The position numbers and the translations under genes are program-made. A DNA stretch of 64,000 nucleotides from Macrostomum hystrix (lineage: Eukaryota; Animalia; Platyhelminthes), in contig CATNEN010000039.1 in the NCBI GenBank assembly GCA_950097015.1, positions 15,624,001 to 15,688,000 on the forward strand. Reading direction: 5' to 3'. Position 1 is the stretch's first letter. Every line of letters starts with the position of its first letter. Below the pieces are notes generated by a model. That model worked only from the letters and a program-made list of their open reading frames with translations. It made no database searches and had not been told where the DNA came from. Shown here one piece after another: positions 53,501 to 64,000 of this stretch.

Positions 53501-56326
53501 TGACTTTTCGTGTTTTATGTGATTCAGGCATATACACACAGTCATCCTTCGGATTACACTTGAGGCCTGGAGCTAATAAACCGACTGCATAAAACAAAAT
53601 CCGTTTGAGATATAGAGCCATTTATTATTTTGAATGCATGGCTTTGCATTAGTACAGAATTAGAGACGAGGGAGACTAGACTAGACTAGACTAGACTAGA
53701 CTAGACCAGACTAGACTAGACTAGACTAGACTAGACTAGACTAGACTAGACTAGACCAGACTAGACTAGACTAGACTAGACTAGACTAGACTGGTCGAAA
53801 TGACATGAGACGAAACTTGAGGGAGAGTTTTAAGGTTGTGAGAGAAGAAGCATAACAAAAAAAGTGAAAACTTACTGCCAACAACTGTACCATAGTAGGA
53901 TCTCAGCGGAAGAGATGCCAGCACTCACTACCTCGGTAAGCTGTCAGATTTCGATTGCCAAGTTCACAAAATGATCCCCAATGATCCCCTACTTCTTCCC
54001 CTGTCTGAAATGTGAAAAAATCTGAAATCCCTGCCAAAAATTCCCCTGAAAAGATGCAGGCAGAGATATACAACTGTAGGCTGTGTGTGTGCATTTAAAA
54101 TAATTGCATGGCATTTTTGCAGAGCAAAAGCAGCTAGCTAAAAAGCAGAGAGATTTAAACCGCTTTCCAAAATCCTAAAAACGCTACCCTGGAGATCCCT
54201 ATAACTCAGCAGTGCAATAATAATAACCAACCCAAACCCAACTGAGCTGATTTATTATCAGTCCCAGCAGAAGCATGATGCATGAAACCCTTGGCCTTTC
54301 TATTTCGACGCTGGATATAGTACTTGTGCGATCACTGTAGCTGTTCCTCGAGGTGCGAAGTGAAACCACCCAATCATATTTTCCAATTAACGATTTATAA
54401 AGCATCATTTTGCAACAGTAGCTAAGCCAAATCATTTAAATCATTTCCACTTGATTTCGCCAAATTTCAAACCTATCCTTCCAAACTCTAGGTAGCTCCC
54501 CCCTGACTCTCGGACTCTGACTCACTCTAACTCTCTCAGCCTCTGCCTCTGACTCTCTGACTCTCTGACTCTGAGTCTCTGACTCTCTGACTCTGAGTCT
54601 CTGACTCTCTGACTCTGAGTCACTCTAACTCTCTCAGCCTCTGACTCTGACTCTCTGAGTCTCTGACTCTTGACTCTCTGAGTCTCCGACTCTCTGACTC
54701 GTGACTCTCTGACTCTTGACTCTCTGACTCGTGACTCTCTGACTCGTGACTCTCTGACTCGTGACTCTCTGACTCGTGACTCTCTGACTCTCTGACTCTG
54801 AGTCTCTGACTCTCTGACTCTGAGTCTCTGACTCTCTGACTCTGAGTCTCTGACTCTCTGACTCTGAGTCTCTGACTCTCTGACTCTCTGACTATTGACT
54901 CTCTGACTCTGAGTCTCTGACTCTCTGACTCTGAGTCTCTGACTCTCCGACTATTGACTCTCTGAGTCTCTGACTCTCTGACTCTCTGACTCTCTGACTC
55001 TGAGTCTCTGACTCTCTGACTCTGACTCTCTGACTCTCTGACTTTGAGTCTCCGACTCTCTGACTCTTGACTCTCTGAGTCTCTGACTCTTGACTCTCTG
55101 ACTCTCTGACTCTTGACTCTCTGAGTCTCCGACTCTTGACTCTTGACTCTCTGAGTCTCTGACTCTCTGAGTCTCTGACTCTTGACTCTCTGAGTCTCCG
55201 ACTCTTGACTCTTGACTCTCTGAGTCTCTGACTCTTGACTCTTGACTCTCTGAGTCTCTGACTCTTGACTCTTGACTCTCTGAGTCTCTGACTCTCTGAC
55301 TCTCTGACTCTCTGACTCTTGACTCTCTGAGTCTCCGACTCTTGACTCTTGACTCTCTGAGTCTCTGACTCTGACTCTCTGACTCTTGACACTCTGACTA
55401 TCCCAGACAATGGCAGACTGCTATTTAACTCTCACACTGATCAGCGTGCATGAACTAAGAATCATTGCTGTATCCTCGAAGTAAAATTTGTATAAGACTT
55501 CTAGACAAGACAAGATAAAAAGCAGATAATAACTAACAAAAAACTAATATATAATAGAAAGAGGTGAGAGACTGATAGCTTAAAGTGATAAAGATAAGTT
55601 AAATAGTTTATAGACAAAGTCATGCTGCATCTTGTGGAGAGAAAAAAAGAGAGAAGAAGAGAAAACAGGTAAATATGAAGAAAATGTAAAACCTAAATAG
55701 TCCATTGTTGTCCAGAGACTCCGCGATAATAAAACTTACCAACCTAGCGATGGATTGCACCCATACAGTACAATCGAGTGCATTGACAGTGCGTGGGTGG
55801 GGTGGTCACGTGTGGCACTATAGTCTTTGTTTTCTATAGTCTAGCTAGCTACTAGCTTTCGTATTACTCTAGATCCAGATGGGTGTCTAGAGTGTTTATC
55901 TGCTAAGCTCAAAGCCAAACCCACTCCGATAAAAGTTTTTTAAGTCAGTTTTTAGCGGACCAAGCATCGGTGTTGACAATAAATATAACTCTATTGAGAA
56001 CATTAACTGTTAACTGTTAAGTAAAGACAGAGATAGATAAGGAAATGAGGGGGCCTCACACTCCCCCCCAGCTCAGATAATTGCGCATGCTCTTATCAGC
56101 ATATGACTCTATACTTAGCAAACGAAACTAAATCAAGCTCAATCAATGTTTGGATTGAATTGAATCAAATAGGATTATAAAGAAACTCACCCATCAGCCC
56201 AGTTGGCATCAGTGACAGAATTAGAAGGCAGAATAATAATAGCATGCGCTTTTCTAGGCTGCAACTATGCCGAATAAATTGAGGCGGATTAGCGCCAATA
56301 CTGATCTGTCTGGTCATGCCGCTCAT
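20015..56326 (-). CDS. DDR: Discoidin domain receptor tyrosine kinase, about 1020-1046 aa; exons 56326(or 56245)-56191, 46286-46169, 42552-42402, 35221-35114, 34018-33477, 33383-33226, 23732-22815, 21598-21123, 20548-20015
   Basis: Nine exons join in frame with GT-AG introns. Signal peptide; DS domain ([22 protein letters not shown]); DS-like domain ([32 protein letters not shown]); TM helix; [11 protein letters not shown]; kinase with [42 protein letters not shown]. Confidence 0.92.
20718..21097. repeat. 18-bp minisatellite CAGCCACCTCACTCCAGA (DDR last intron)
   Basis: About 20 copies. Confidence 0.93.
21123..21598 (-). CDS. DDR: DDR exon 8 (kinase N-lobe)
   Basis: Encodes [21 protein letters not shown]; CAG|gtaaga donor. 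Confidence 0.92.
21630..21955 (-). mobile_element. Full-length tRNA-derived SINE with 11-bp target-site duplication
   Basis: Minus strand carries A box TGGCAGAGCGG(TCTAACGC), B box GTTCGATTTC and an (ATT)n tail. Flanked by direct repeats GGCTGAGTGAA at 21619-21629 and 21956-21966. Confidence 0.8.
22520..22735 (-). mobile_element. SINE copy related to 7262-7427, with a shorter internal region
   Basis: Shares AAGGTCGGGGGTTCGA (16/16) and a 43-nt block (37/43) with the 7.3-kb copy; outer boundaries approximate. Confidence 0.65.
22815..23732 (-). CDS. DDR: DDR exon 7 (stalk, TM helix, polyQ/polyP juxtamembrane)
   Basis: attctag| acceptor; [26 protein letters not shown] followed by RRR; G|gtgata donor. 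Confidence 0.88.
23765..24062. repeat. About 55-59-bp imperfect repeat GATTTCTAGCCCCACGGAGGGAGGTGG...
   Basis: 5 copies just upstream of the exon 7 acceptor. Confidence 0.9.
24838..25292. repeat. 22-24-bp pyrimidine-rich minisatellite CTACCCCTATCTCTCCACTGTTTT
   Basis: About 19 copies. Confidence 0.93.
25840..26355. repeat. 16-bp minisatellite GAGAGATGAGACAC/GGG
   Basis: About 32 copies; reverse complement of the 26865-27195 array. Confidence 0.95.
26865..27195. repeat. 16-bp minisatellite TCTCATCTCTCCCGTG
   Basis: About 20 copies; inverted relative to 25840-26355. Confidence 0.93.
28150..28295. repeat. (GAGAT)n microsatellite
   Basis: Direct inspection. Confidence 0.9.
29155..29346. repeat. 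16-17-bp minisatellite GGGAAGATTCTGGTTT(T)
   Basis: About 11 copies; inverted relative to 30152-32082. Confidence 0.92.
30152..32082. repeat. 16-bp satellite AAACCA(G/T)AA(T/A)CTTCCC
   Basis: About 120 copies. Confidence 0.97.
32960..33152. repeat. About 70-76-bp imperfect triplication containing CTATCCTTTACTGAACGCTGATTGG
   Basis: Copies near 32987, 33063 and 33131. Confidence 0.8.
33226..33383 (-). CDS. DDR: DDR exon 6 (end of DS-like domain)
   Basis: ctttcag| acceptor after a 93-nt intron; encodes [22 protein letters not shown]. Confidence 0.88.
33477..34018 (-). CDS. DDR: DDR exon 5 (end of DS, start of DS-like domain)
   Basis: Encodes [34 protein letters not shown]. Confidence 0.92.
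34436..34690. repeat. 16-bp minisatellite ATCCCTAAACTTTATA
   Basis: About 15 copies. Confidence 0.9.
35114..35221 (-). CDS. DDR: DDR exon 4 (DS domain)
   Basis: tttcag|GGC acceptor; encodes [15 protein letters not shown]...; GTG|gtgagt donor. Confidence 0.85.
35295..35670. repeat. (GACA)n-based compound microsatellite
   Basis: Direct inspection. Confidence 0.95.
37980..41149. repeat. 26-bp satellite GAGGAT(T/A)AAGGATTCAGATCCATA(C/A)T
   Basis: About 120 copies. Confidence 0.98.
41753..42346. repeat. 24-bp minisatellite AAATGAGGATGGAATATGATTTAG
   Basis: About 24 copies, adjacent to DDR exon 3. Confidence 0.95.
42402..42552 (-). CDS. DDR: DDR exon 3 (DS domain)
   Basis: Encodes [22 protein letters not shown]..; phases 2 and 0 fit neighbouring exons. 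Confidence 0.88.
42672..43283. repeat. 21-bp minisatellite GATTGGGAGAATAGAGAGATG
   Basis: About 29 copies on the other side of DDR exon 3. Confidence 0.95.
44088..44472. repeat. 25-bp minisatellite AGAGAAGTAGATCGGTATAGTAGGT
   Basis: About 15 copies. Confidence 0.95.
44793..44843. repeat. (CAG)17 tract with one CAA interruption, intronic
   Basis: Direct inspection. Confidence 0.95.
45205..45240. repeat. (CAG)12 tract, intronic
   Basis: Direct inspection. Confidence 0.95.
46169..46286 (-). CDS. DDR: DDR exon 2 (start of DS domain)
   Basis: ttttgcag| acceptor; encodes [27 protein letters not shown]; AG|gtgagt donor. Confidence 0.85.
46428..46778. repeat. 30-bp minisatellite TAGTTCTGGCACTCAT(C/T)TA(G/A)CACTCTCT.. 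with alternating dimer
   Basis: About 12 copies. Confidence 0.93.
47449..47499. repeat. (CAG)17 tract, intronic
   Basis: Direct inspection. Confidence 0.95.
47997..49401. repeat. 31-bp satellite CTAAACTATGTGGATTGGGTCATGGCCATC(G/T), left block
   Basis: About 45 copies. Confidence 0.97.
49901..51674. repeat. 31-bp satellite, right block (same unit)
   Basis: About 57 copies. Confidence 0.97.
52336..53213. repeat. 17-bp minisatellite GAGGAA(G/C)ATTCGGGTTT
   Basis: About 51 copies. Confidence 0.96.
53675..53792. repeat. (CTAGA)n microsatellite
   Basis: About 23 copies. Confidence 0.95.
54505..55400. repeat. 6-8-bp (CTCTGA/CTCTTGA/GTCTCTGA)n compound repeat
   Basis: Direct inspection. Confidence 0.95.
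56191..56326 (-). CDS. DDR: DDR exon 1 (signal peptide; start could be 56326, 56317 or 56245)
   Basis: [19 protein letters not shown]; G|gtgagt donor, phase 1. Confidence 0.7.
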
Positions 56327-57230
56327 TGATGGCCGTCTCGCATTTAGTCTTTGTTGTTTTTTTAAGCTGATTAAGCTTTTTTCCTTTTCGTCAGATTTGG
56401 TAAAATAAACAATCAGTGGAATCGGTGAGTTCACGCGCACTGCGGTCTGGCACGTGCTTGTCTTCAGTCTAAATCGGATCACGAGGTTCTTTATTTAGCC
56501 TCGGAGGTTTGGGGCTATTCAAAGTCAGCGAAGGCCTTCCTTGACCGCGCAATATTTTAAAATTAAATGGATGGAATGAAGAACAACTAAACGCGCTTTG
56601 GGTTCTTCTATATGTTTGCAATGTTAAAGCCTATATAATATTATGGCTCACTTGGGGTGGTAATGGAGAGGGAAAGGGGGATAGGCCTTATCTGTGCCAA
56701 TGCGAATGGACGAAGGACCCCAAAGCTGCCGCAGCCAATCAGCGGCGAGCAAAGATATTTGCGACCCCCACCCCCCCACCCTGCCACTTGTCCCAGTGGG
56801 GGGGCTTTTTAAGTTCAAAACACCACAGCCAAAAATGACTAGGCACATGGCCGAGTATGTACACACAGCAGGCGTTTTGTCAAATAAGGAAATAAAAGCC
56901 AGAGCAAGGTTACCCTGCTAAAATTCCCTTCTCAGTTGCTTATGCTTAGGTAGGGGAACTTTTCTATTACAGCTCTAAAAAATCGGGGCCCCGCACCGAA
57001 ACAGACGAGGCGAAATCTTTACGACCTACCCGACTTAAAACTAATATTTGTGCAGTAGTCTGTATTACTTTGTAGAAATCTGGAATCTTTTTACTGTTTT
57101 CCAAGTGTTTGCAAGTGCTCTACACTCCACAGTGGCTATACAGTCACCATTCAAAATTATAATGATATTTTATATTTAGTATTTTATATTTTCAAGATTT
57201 TCTTAGCCCTAAAATTCAAGTCCTAATTAC

Positions 57231-60200
57231 ACTGTGAATCTTCTTAAACTGTGAATCTCCTCAAACTGTGAATCTCCTCAAACTGTGAATCTCCTCAAAC
57301 TGTGAATCTCCTCAAACTGTGAATCTCCTCAAACTGTGAATCTCCTCAAACTGTGAATCTCCTCAAACTGTGAATCTCCTCAAACTGTGAATCTCCTCAA
57401 ACTGTGAATCTTCTCAAACTGTGAATTTCCCCAAACTGTGAATCTCCTCAAACTGCGAATCTTCTCAAACTGGGAAGCTTCTCAAACTGTGAATCTTCTC
57501 AAACTGTGAATCTCCTCAAACTGTGAATCTCCTCAAACTGTGAATCTCCTCAAACTGTGAATCTCCTCAAACTGTGAATCTCCTCAAACTGTGAATCTCC
57601 TCAAACTGTGAATCTCCTCAAACTGTGAATCTTCTCAAACTGGGAAGCTTCTCAAACTGTGAATCTTCTCAAACTGTGAATCTCCTCAAACTGTGAATCT
57701 TCTCAAACTGTGAATCTTCTCAAACTGTGAATCTTCTCAAACTGTGAATCTCCTCAAACTGTGAATCTCCTCAAACGGTGAATCTCCTCAAACTGTGAAT
57801 CTCCTCAAACTGTGAATTTCCCCAAACTGTGAATCTCCTCAAACTGTGAATCTTCTCAAACTGGGAAGCTTCTCAAACTGTGAATCTTCTCAAACTGTGA
57901 ATCTCCTCAAACTGTGAATCTTCTCAAACTGTGAATCTTCTCAAACTGTGAATCTTCTCAAACTGTGAATCTCCTCAAACTGTGAATCTCCTCAAACTGT
58001 GAATCTCCTCAAACTGTGAATCTCCTCAAACTGTGAATCTTCTCAAACTGTGAATCTTCTCAAACTGTGAATCTTCTCAAACTGTGAATCTCCTCAAACT
58101 GTGAATCTCCTCAAACTGTGAATCTCCTCAAACTGTGAATCTCCTCAAACTGTGAATCTCCCCAAACTGTGAATCTCCTCAAACTGTGAATCTCCTCAAA
58201 CTGTGAATCTCCTCAAACTGTGAATCTCCTCAAACTGTGAATCTTCTCAAACTGTGAATCTTCTCAAACTGTGAATCTCCTCAAACTGTGAATCTTCTCA
58301 AACTGTGAATCTCCTCAAACTGTGAATCTTCTCAAACTGTGAATCTCCTCAAACTGTGAATCTCCCCAAACTGTGAATCTCCCCAAACTGTGAATCTCCC
58401 CAAACTGTGAATCTCCTCAAACTGTGAATCTCCTCAAACTGTGAATCTCCTCAAACTGTGAATCTCCTCAAACTGTGAATCTCCTCAAACTGTGAATCTC
58501 CTCAAACTGTGAATCTCCTCAAACTGTGAATCTCCTCAAACTGTGAATCTCCTCAAACTGTGAATCTCCTCAAACTGTGAATCTTCTCAAACTGTGAATA
58601 TTCTCAAACTGTGAATCTTCTCAAACTGTGAATCTTCTCAAACTGGGAAGCTTCTCAAACTGTGAATCTTCTCAAACTGTGAATCTTCTCAAATCACGAA
58701 TATTCTCAAACTGTGAATCTTCTCAAATCATTAATATTCTCAAACTGTGAATCTTCTCAAACTGTGAATCTTCTCAAACTGGGAAGCTTCTCAAACTGTG
58801 AATCTTCTCAAATCATGAATCTTCTCAAACTGTGAATCTTCTCAAATCATGAATATTCTCAAACTGTGAATCTTCTCAAATCATGAATATTCTCAAACTG
58901 TGAATCTTCTCAAATCATGAATATTCTCAAACTGTGAATCTTCTCAAATCATGAATCTTCTCAAACTGTGAATCTTCTCAAACTGGGAAGCTTCTCAAAC
59001 TGTGAATCTTCTCAAATCATGAATCTTCTCAAACTGTGAATCTTCTCAAATCATGAATATTCTCAAACTGTGAATCTTCTCAAATCATGAATATTCTCAA
59101 ACTGTGAATCTTCTTAAACTGTGAATCTTCTCAAACTGTGAATCTTCTCAAACTGTGAATCTTCTCAAACGGTGAATCTTCTCAAACTGTGAATCTTCTC
59201 AAACTGTGAATCTTCTCAAACTGGGAAGCTTCTCAAACTGTGAATCTCCTCAAACTGTGAATCTTCTCAAACTGGGAAGCTTCTCAAACTGTGAATCTTC
59301 TCGAACTGTGAATCTTCTCAAACTCTGAATCTTCTCAAACTGTGAATCTTTTCAAACTGTGAATCTTCTCACATCATGAATATTCTCAAACTGTGAATCT
59401 TCTCAAACTGTGAATCTTCTCAAACTATGAATCTTCTCAAACTGTGAATCTTCTCAAACTGGGAAGCTTCTCAAACTGTGAATCTCCTCAAACTGTGAAT
59501 CTTCTCAAACTGGGAAGCTTCTCAAACTGTGAATCTTCTCGAACTGTGAATCTTCTCAAACTCTGAATCTTCTCAAACTGTGAATCTTTTCAAACTGTGA
59601 ATCTTCTCACATCATGAATATTCTCAAACTGTGAATCTTCTCAAATCATGAATATTCTCAAACTGTGAATCTTCTCAAACTGTGAATCTTCTCAAACTGT
59701 GAATCTTCTCAAACTGTGAATCTTCTCAAACTGTGAATCTTCTCAAACTGTGAATCTTCTCAAACTGTGAATCTTCTCAAACTGGGAAGCTTCTCAAACT
59801 GTGAATCTTCTCAAACTGTGAATCTTCTCAAACTGGGAAGCTTCTCAAACTGTGAATCTTCTCGAACTGTGAATCTTCTCAAACTGTGAATCTTCTCAAA
59901 CTGTGAATCTTCTCAAACTGTGAATCTTCTCACATCATGAATATTCTCAAACTGTGAATCTTCTCAAATCATGAATATTCTCAAACTGTGAATCTTCTCA
60001 AACTGTGAATCTTCTCAAACTGTGAATCTTCTCAAACTGTGAATCTTCTCAAACTGTGAATCTTCTCAAACTGTGAATCTTCTCAAACTGGGAAGCTTCT
60101 CAAATCATGAATATTCTCAAACTGTGAATCTTCTCAAACTGTGAATCTTCTCAAACTGTGAATCTTCTCAAACTGTGAATCTTCTCAAACTGGGAAGCTT

Positions 60201-60253
60201 CTCAAATCATGAATATTCTCAAACTGTGAATCTTCTCAAACTGTGAATCTTCT
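57231..60253. repeat. 17-bp satellite AACTGTGAATCT(C/T)CTCA upstream of DDR
   Basis: About 178 copies. Confidence 0.98.
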
Positions 60254-60712
60254 AGACTTTTTTAAATCGAAGAACTTAACAATGTCAAGAAATCTTAGAT
60301 GTTTATCGGAACCGCAGAACTCATTTTTATCCCAAAACTTAGGTCGCTTTTTTGATTAAAAGAGATAAGCGAGTCTACACAATGCATTCATGTAAATTGA
60401 GAGATAATTACTTGTCTGATTATATAATAACGCTGCATTTATACAGGTAAGATTATCATATATGATCTTCTGCTCACAGTTCTAACATCATTCAATGATG
60501 CAATTCGACTTGTCGCTAATATTTTAGATTACTTAGCAACCGCGGTGTTTCAAATTGCTTTCGACATGCATGCAACACAGTACAATTGGGAGTGAGGAGG
60601 TATAGCTATTACTGGTCACGAGGTTAAACCGACAATTTCAATGGGGAATTAAAAATTGGAATCATGCTAACAAATTCTTTCCTTCATAAGTTATAGCCTT
60701 TTCTACGCCGGA

Positions 60713-61167
60713 ATCCTTCAGTGACTCAGGTCACAGCTGTACTTCATGATCCTTCAGTGACTCAGGTCACAGCTGTACTTCATGATCCTTCAGTGACTCA
60801 GGTCACAGCTGTACTTCATGATCCTTCAGTGACTCAGGTCACAGCTGTACTTCATGATCCTTCAGTGACTCAGGTCACAGCTGTACTTCATGATCCTTCA
60901 GTGACTCAGGTCACAGCTGTACTTCATGATCCTTCAGTGATTCAGGTCACAGCTGTACTTCATGATCCTTCAGTGATTCAGGTCACAGCTGTACTTCATG
61001 ATCCTTCTGTGATTCAGGTCACAGCTGTACTTCATGATCCTTCAGTGACTCAGGTCACAGCTGTACTTCATGATCCTTCAGTGACTCAGGTCACAGCTGT
61101 ACTTCATGATCCTTCAGTGACTCAGGTCACAGCTGTACTTCATGATCCTTCTGTGACTCAGGTCACA
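60713..61167. repeat. 36-bp near-perfect minisatellite ATCCTTCAGTGACTCAGGTCACAGCTGTACTTCATG
   Basis: About 12.5 copies. Confidence 0.97.
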
Positions 61168-61597
61168 TATATACTACATGAAGCTGCGAAAGTTGCACAA
61201 AGACTTAGGTCATGTTTTCAGTAAACCGCTCAGATTCTCTAATTCCACATTTGGTGCAGAAAAACGGTACACCTCCTGTTTGTTAAGAGTTCTGAGTAAT
61301 GAAAAGCACTGTGAAAAACATCAGCATTCCATCCTAACGGCTTTGCGAAAAAATTTACCGATATGTTGCATTCAATTAAATAGTAAGTTTCCATTCGTTT
61401 AGTTATTTATTATTTGAAAAGTATCGAATTGAATTTCTGCTGAGAAAGGCCTGCATTTCCACTATTTTTCTGTAGATGACAATAAAAACAATTTCTTTCC
61501 TTGACTAATATATTTTATTGCTTTTCAGTCGAATAAATAAAAAGGCAATATAGAAAGCAATGCGACAGCCGACCTACCGCATTTTTCTGATGTGGGT

Positions 61598-63352
61598 CAG
61601 GGGAGATCTGAGATAGGAGAACTAAGAGGGGAGATCTGAGAGGGAAGATATGAGAGGATGAGAGGGGAGATCTGAGAGGGAAGATATGAGAGGGGAGATC
61701 TGAGAGAGGGGAGATCTAAGAGGGGAGATATGAAAGGGGAGATCTGAGAGGGAGATCTGAGATAGGAGAACTGAGAGGGAGATCTGAGAGGAGAGATCTG
61801 CGAGGGGAGATCTGAGAGGGAGATCTGAGAGGAGAGATCTGAGAGGGGAGATCTGAGAGGGAGATCTTAGGAAAGGGGAGATCTGAGAGGGAGATCTGAG
61901 AGGGAGATCTGAGAGGGGAGATCTGAGAAGGGAGATCTGAGAGGGGCGATCTGAGAGGGAGATATGAGAGGGGATATCTGAGAGGGGAGATCCGAGGGGA
62001 GATCTGAGAGGGAGATCTGAGAGGGGAGATCTGAGAGGGGAGATCTGAGAGGGGAGATCTGAGAAGGGAGATCTGAGAGGGGAGATCTGAGAGGGGAGAT
62101 CTGAGAGAGGAGATCTGAGAGGGGAGATCTGAGTTGGAGATCTGAGAGGGGAGATATGAAAGGGGAGATCTGAGTTGGAGATCTGAGAGGGGATATCTGA
62201 GAGGGAAGATATGAAATGGGGAGATCTGAGAGGGAGATCTGAGAGGGGATATCTGAGAGGGGAGATATGAAAGGGGGAGATCTGAGAGGGAGATCTGAGA
62301 GGGGATATCTGAGAGGGAAGATATGAAAGGGGGAGATCTGAGAGGGGAGATCTGAGAGGGGAGATCTAAGAGGGTAGATCTGAGAGGGGAGATCTGAGAG
62401 GGGAGATCTAAGAGGGGAGATCTGAGAAGGGAGATCTGAGAGGGGAGATCTGAGAGAGGAGATCTGAGAGGGGAGATCTGAGAGGGGAGATATGAAAGGG
62501 GGAGATCTGAGAGGGAGATCTGAGAAGGGAAATCTGAGAGGGGAGATCTGAGAGTGGAGATCTGAGAGTGGAGATCTGAGAGTGGAGATCTGAGAGTGGA
62601 GATCTGAGAGTGGAGATCTAAGAGGGTAGATCTGAGAAGGGAGATCTGAGAGGGGAGATCTGAGAGAGGAGATCTGAGAGGGGAGATCTGAGAGGGGAGA
62701 TATGAAAGGGGGAGATCTGAGAGGGAGATCTGAGAAGGGAAATCTGAGAGGGGAGATCTGAGAGGGGAGATCTGAGAGGGGAGATCTAAGAGGGGAGATC
62801 TGAGAAGGGAGATCTGAGAGGGGAGATCTGAGAGAGGAGATCTGAGAGGGGAGATCTGAGAGGGGAGATATGAAAGGGGGAGATCTGAGAGGGAGATCTG
62901 AGAAGGGAAATCTGAGAGGGGAGATCTGAGAGTGGAGATCTGAGAGTGGAGATCTGAGAGTGGAGATCTAAGAGGGTAGATCTGAGAGGGGAGATCTGAG
63001 AGGGGAGATCTAAGAGGGGAGATCTGAGAAGGGAGATCTGAGAGGGGAGATCTGAGAGAGGAGATCTGAGAGGGGAGATCTGAGAGGGGAGATATGAAAG
63101 GGGGAGATCTGAGAGGGAGATCTGAGAAGGGAAATCTGAGAGGGGAGATCTGAGAGTGGAGATCTGAGAGTGGAGATCTGAGAGTGGAGATCTGAGAGGG
63201 GAGATCTGAGAGGGGAGATCTGAGAGTGGAGATCTGAGAGGGGAGATCTGAGAGAGGAGATCTGAGAGGGGAGATCTGAGAGTGGAGATCTGAGAGGGGA
63301 GATCTGAGATGGGAGACCTGAGATGGGAGATTTGAGAGGAGAGATATGAAAG
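61598..63352. repeat. 14-15-bp satellite GAGATCTGAGAGGG(G)
   Basis: More than 110 copies with higher-order blocks. Confidence 0.96.
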
Positions 63353-63743
63353 GGCCAGATCAGATCAGAAACCAAGGTCGAAAATTCAGTCTACTTTCTG
63401 AAGTCTATCTGCCAAGTGTCGTAATGTTTAAAAAAAGTGTGAAAGAAAAGAACCTGTCTTACTTGTCTAACCAGAGTGCGTAAATTCTAAAATTTGCATC
63501 AGGTTTTTTTTCATTTTGGTAGAAACTGACAGTGATAATTATAGAAATTACGTTCAAAGTATAAACCATTGTGTACAGTTTAAAATATGATTAAATGTTC
63601 TAAATAACATGTTTGCAAAAAAGATTGACCCGTAGACAAATTATTAGCGTTTTTGGCCAATAATGCAGTTGATTTAGTTATTACGAGCGTATAATCAATT
63701 ATAATCGCCTTTTCCTTATGCGCTTGGGTTTTTCTAACTGTCT

Positions 63744-64000
63744 GTTAGACAAATCCCCAACCCGTTAGACAAATCTCCAACAGGTTAGACAAATCTCCAA
63801 CAGGTTAGACAAATCACCAACCCGTTAGACAAATCTCCAACAGGTTAGACAAATCTCCAACAGGTTAGACAAATCACCAACCCGTTAGACAAATCCCCAA
63901 CCCGTTTGACAAATCCCCAACCCGTTAGACAAATCCCCAACCCGTTAGACAAATCCCCAACCCGTTAGACAAATCACCAACCCGTTAGACAAATCCCCAA
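63744..64000. repeat. 20-bp minisatellite GTTAGACAAATCCCCAACCC, running off the window end
   Basis: About 13 copies. Confidence 0.95.

Noticed and set aside
50326-55410. MWIGSWPSL.., KPESSSNPN.. and RESESQ.. repeat ORFs
   Set aside because: They are open in several frames only because repeat variants lack stop codons; no splice or domain support.
60713-61167. 36-bp partly palindromic repeat as a CRISPR array, or a 167-aa repeat protein
   Set aside because: Units are head-to-tail with no spacers, there are no cas genes and the context is eukaryotic. The ORF is a by-product of a stop-free unit and has no ATG start.

Overview
Eukaryotic (metazoan) genomic DNA with GC-rich exons, GT-AG introns and very dense, mostly intronic minisatellites. 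The overall style suggests a flatworm such as Macrostomum; this is inference only. Four protein-coding genes were reconstructed by hand from splice signals and reading-frame phase. (1) The 3' end of a Src/Frk-like tyrosine kinase (+, 27-1594). (2) A 5-exon, 674-aa protein (-, 4110-8222) with a predicted N-myristoylation motif, a C3HC4 RING, a coiled coil and an NHL propeller but no B-box; it is largely invisible in the ORF track. (3) Mitochondrial L-threonine 3-dehydrogenase (+, 12271-15145). (4) A 9-exon discoidin domain receptor tyrosine kinase (-, 20015-56326). The window also holds three tRNA-derived SINE-like insertions (one full-length with an 11-bp TSD) and about 35 tandem-repeat arrays. 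The most interesting non-gene signal is that related arrays occur in opposite orientation inside the DDR pre-mRNA, including a pair bracketing an in-frame 1077-nt ectodomain exon block. Several arrays also multiply transcription-factor-like motifs. No CRISPR array, rRNA, intact tRNA or transposase/RT ORF was seen.
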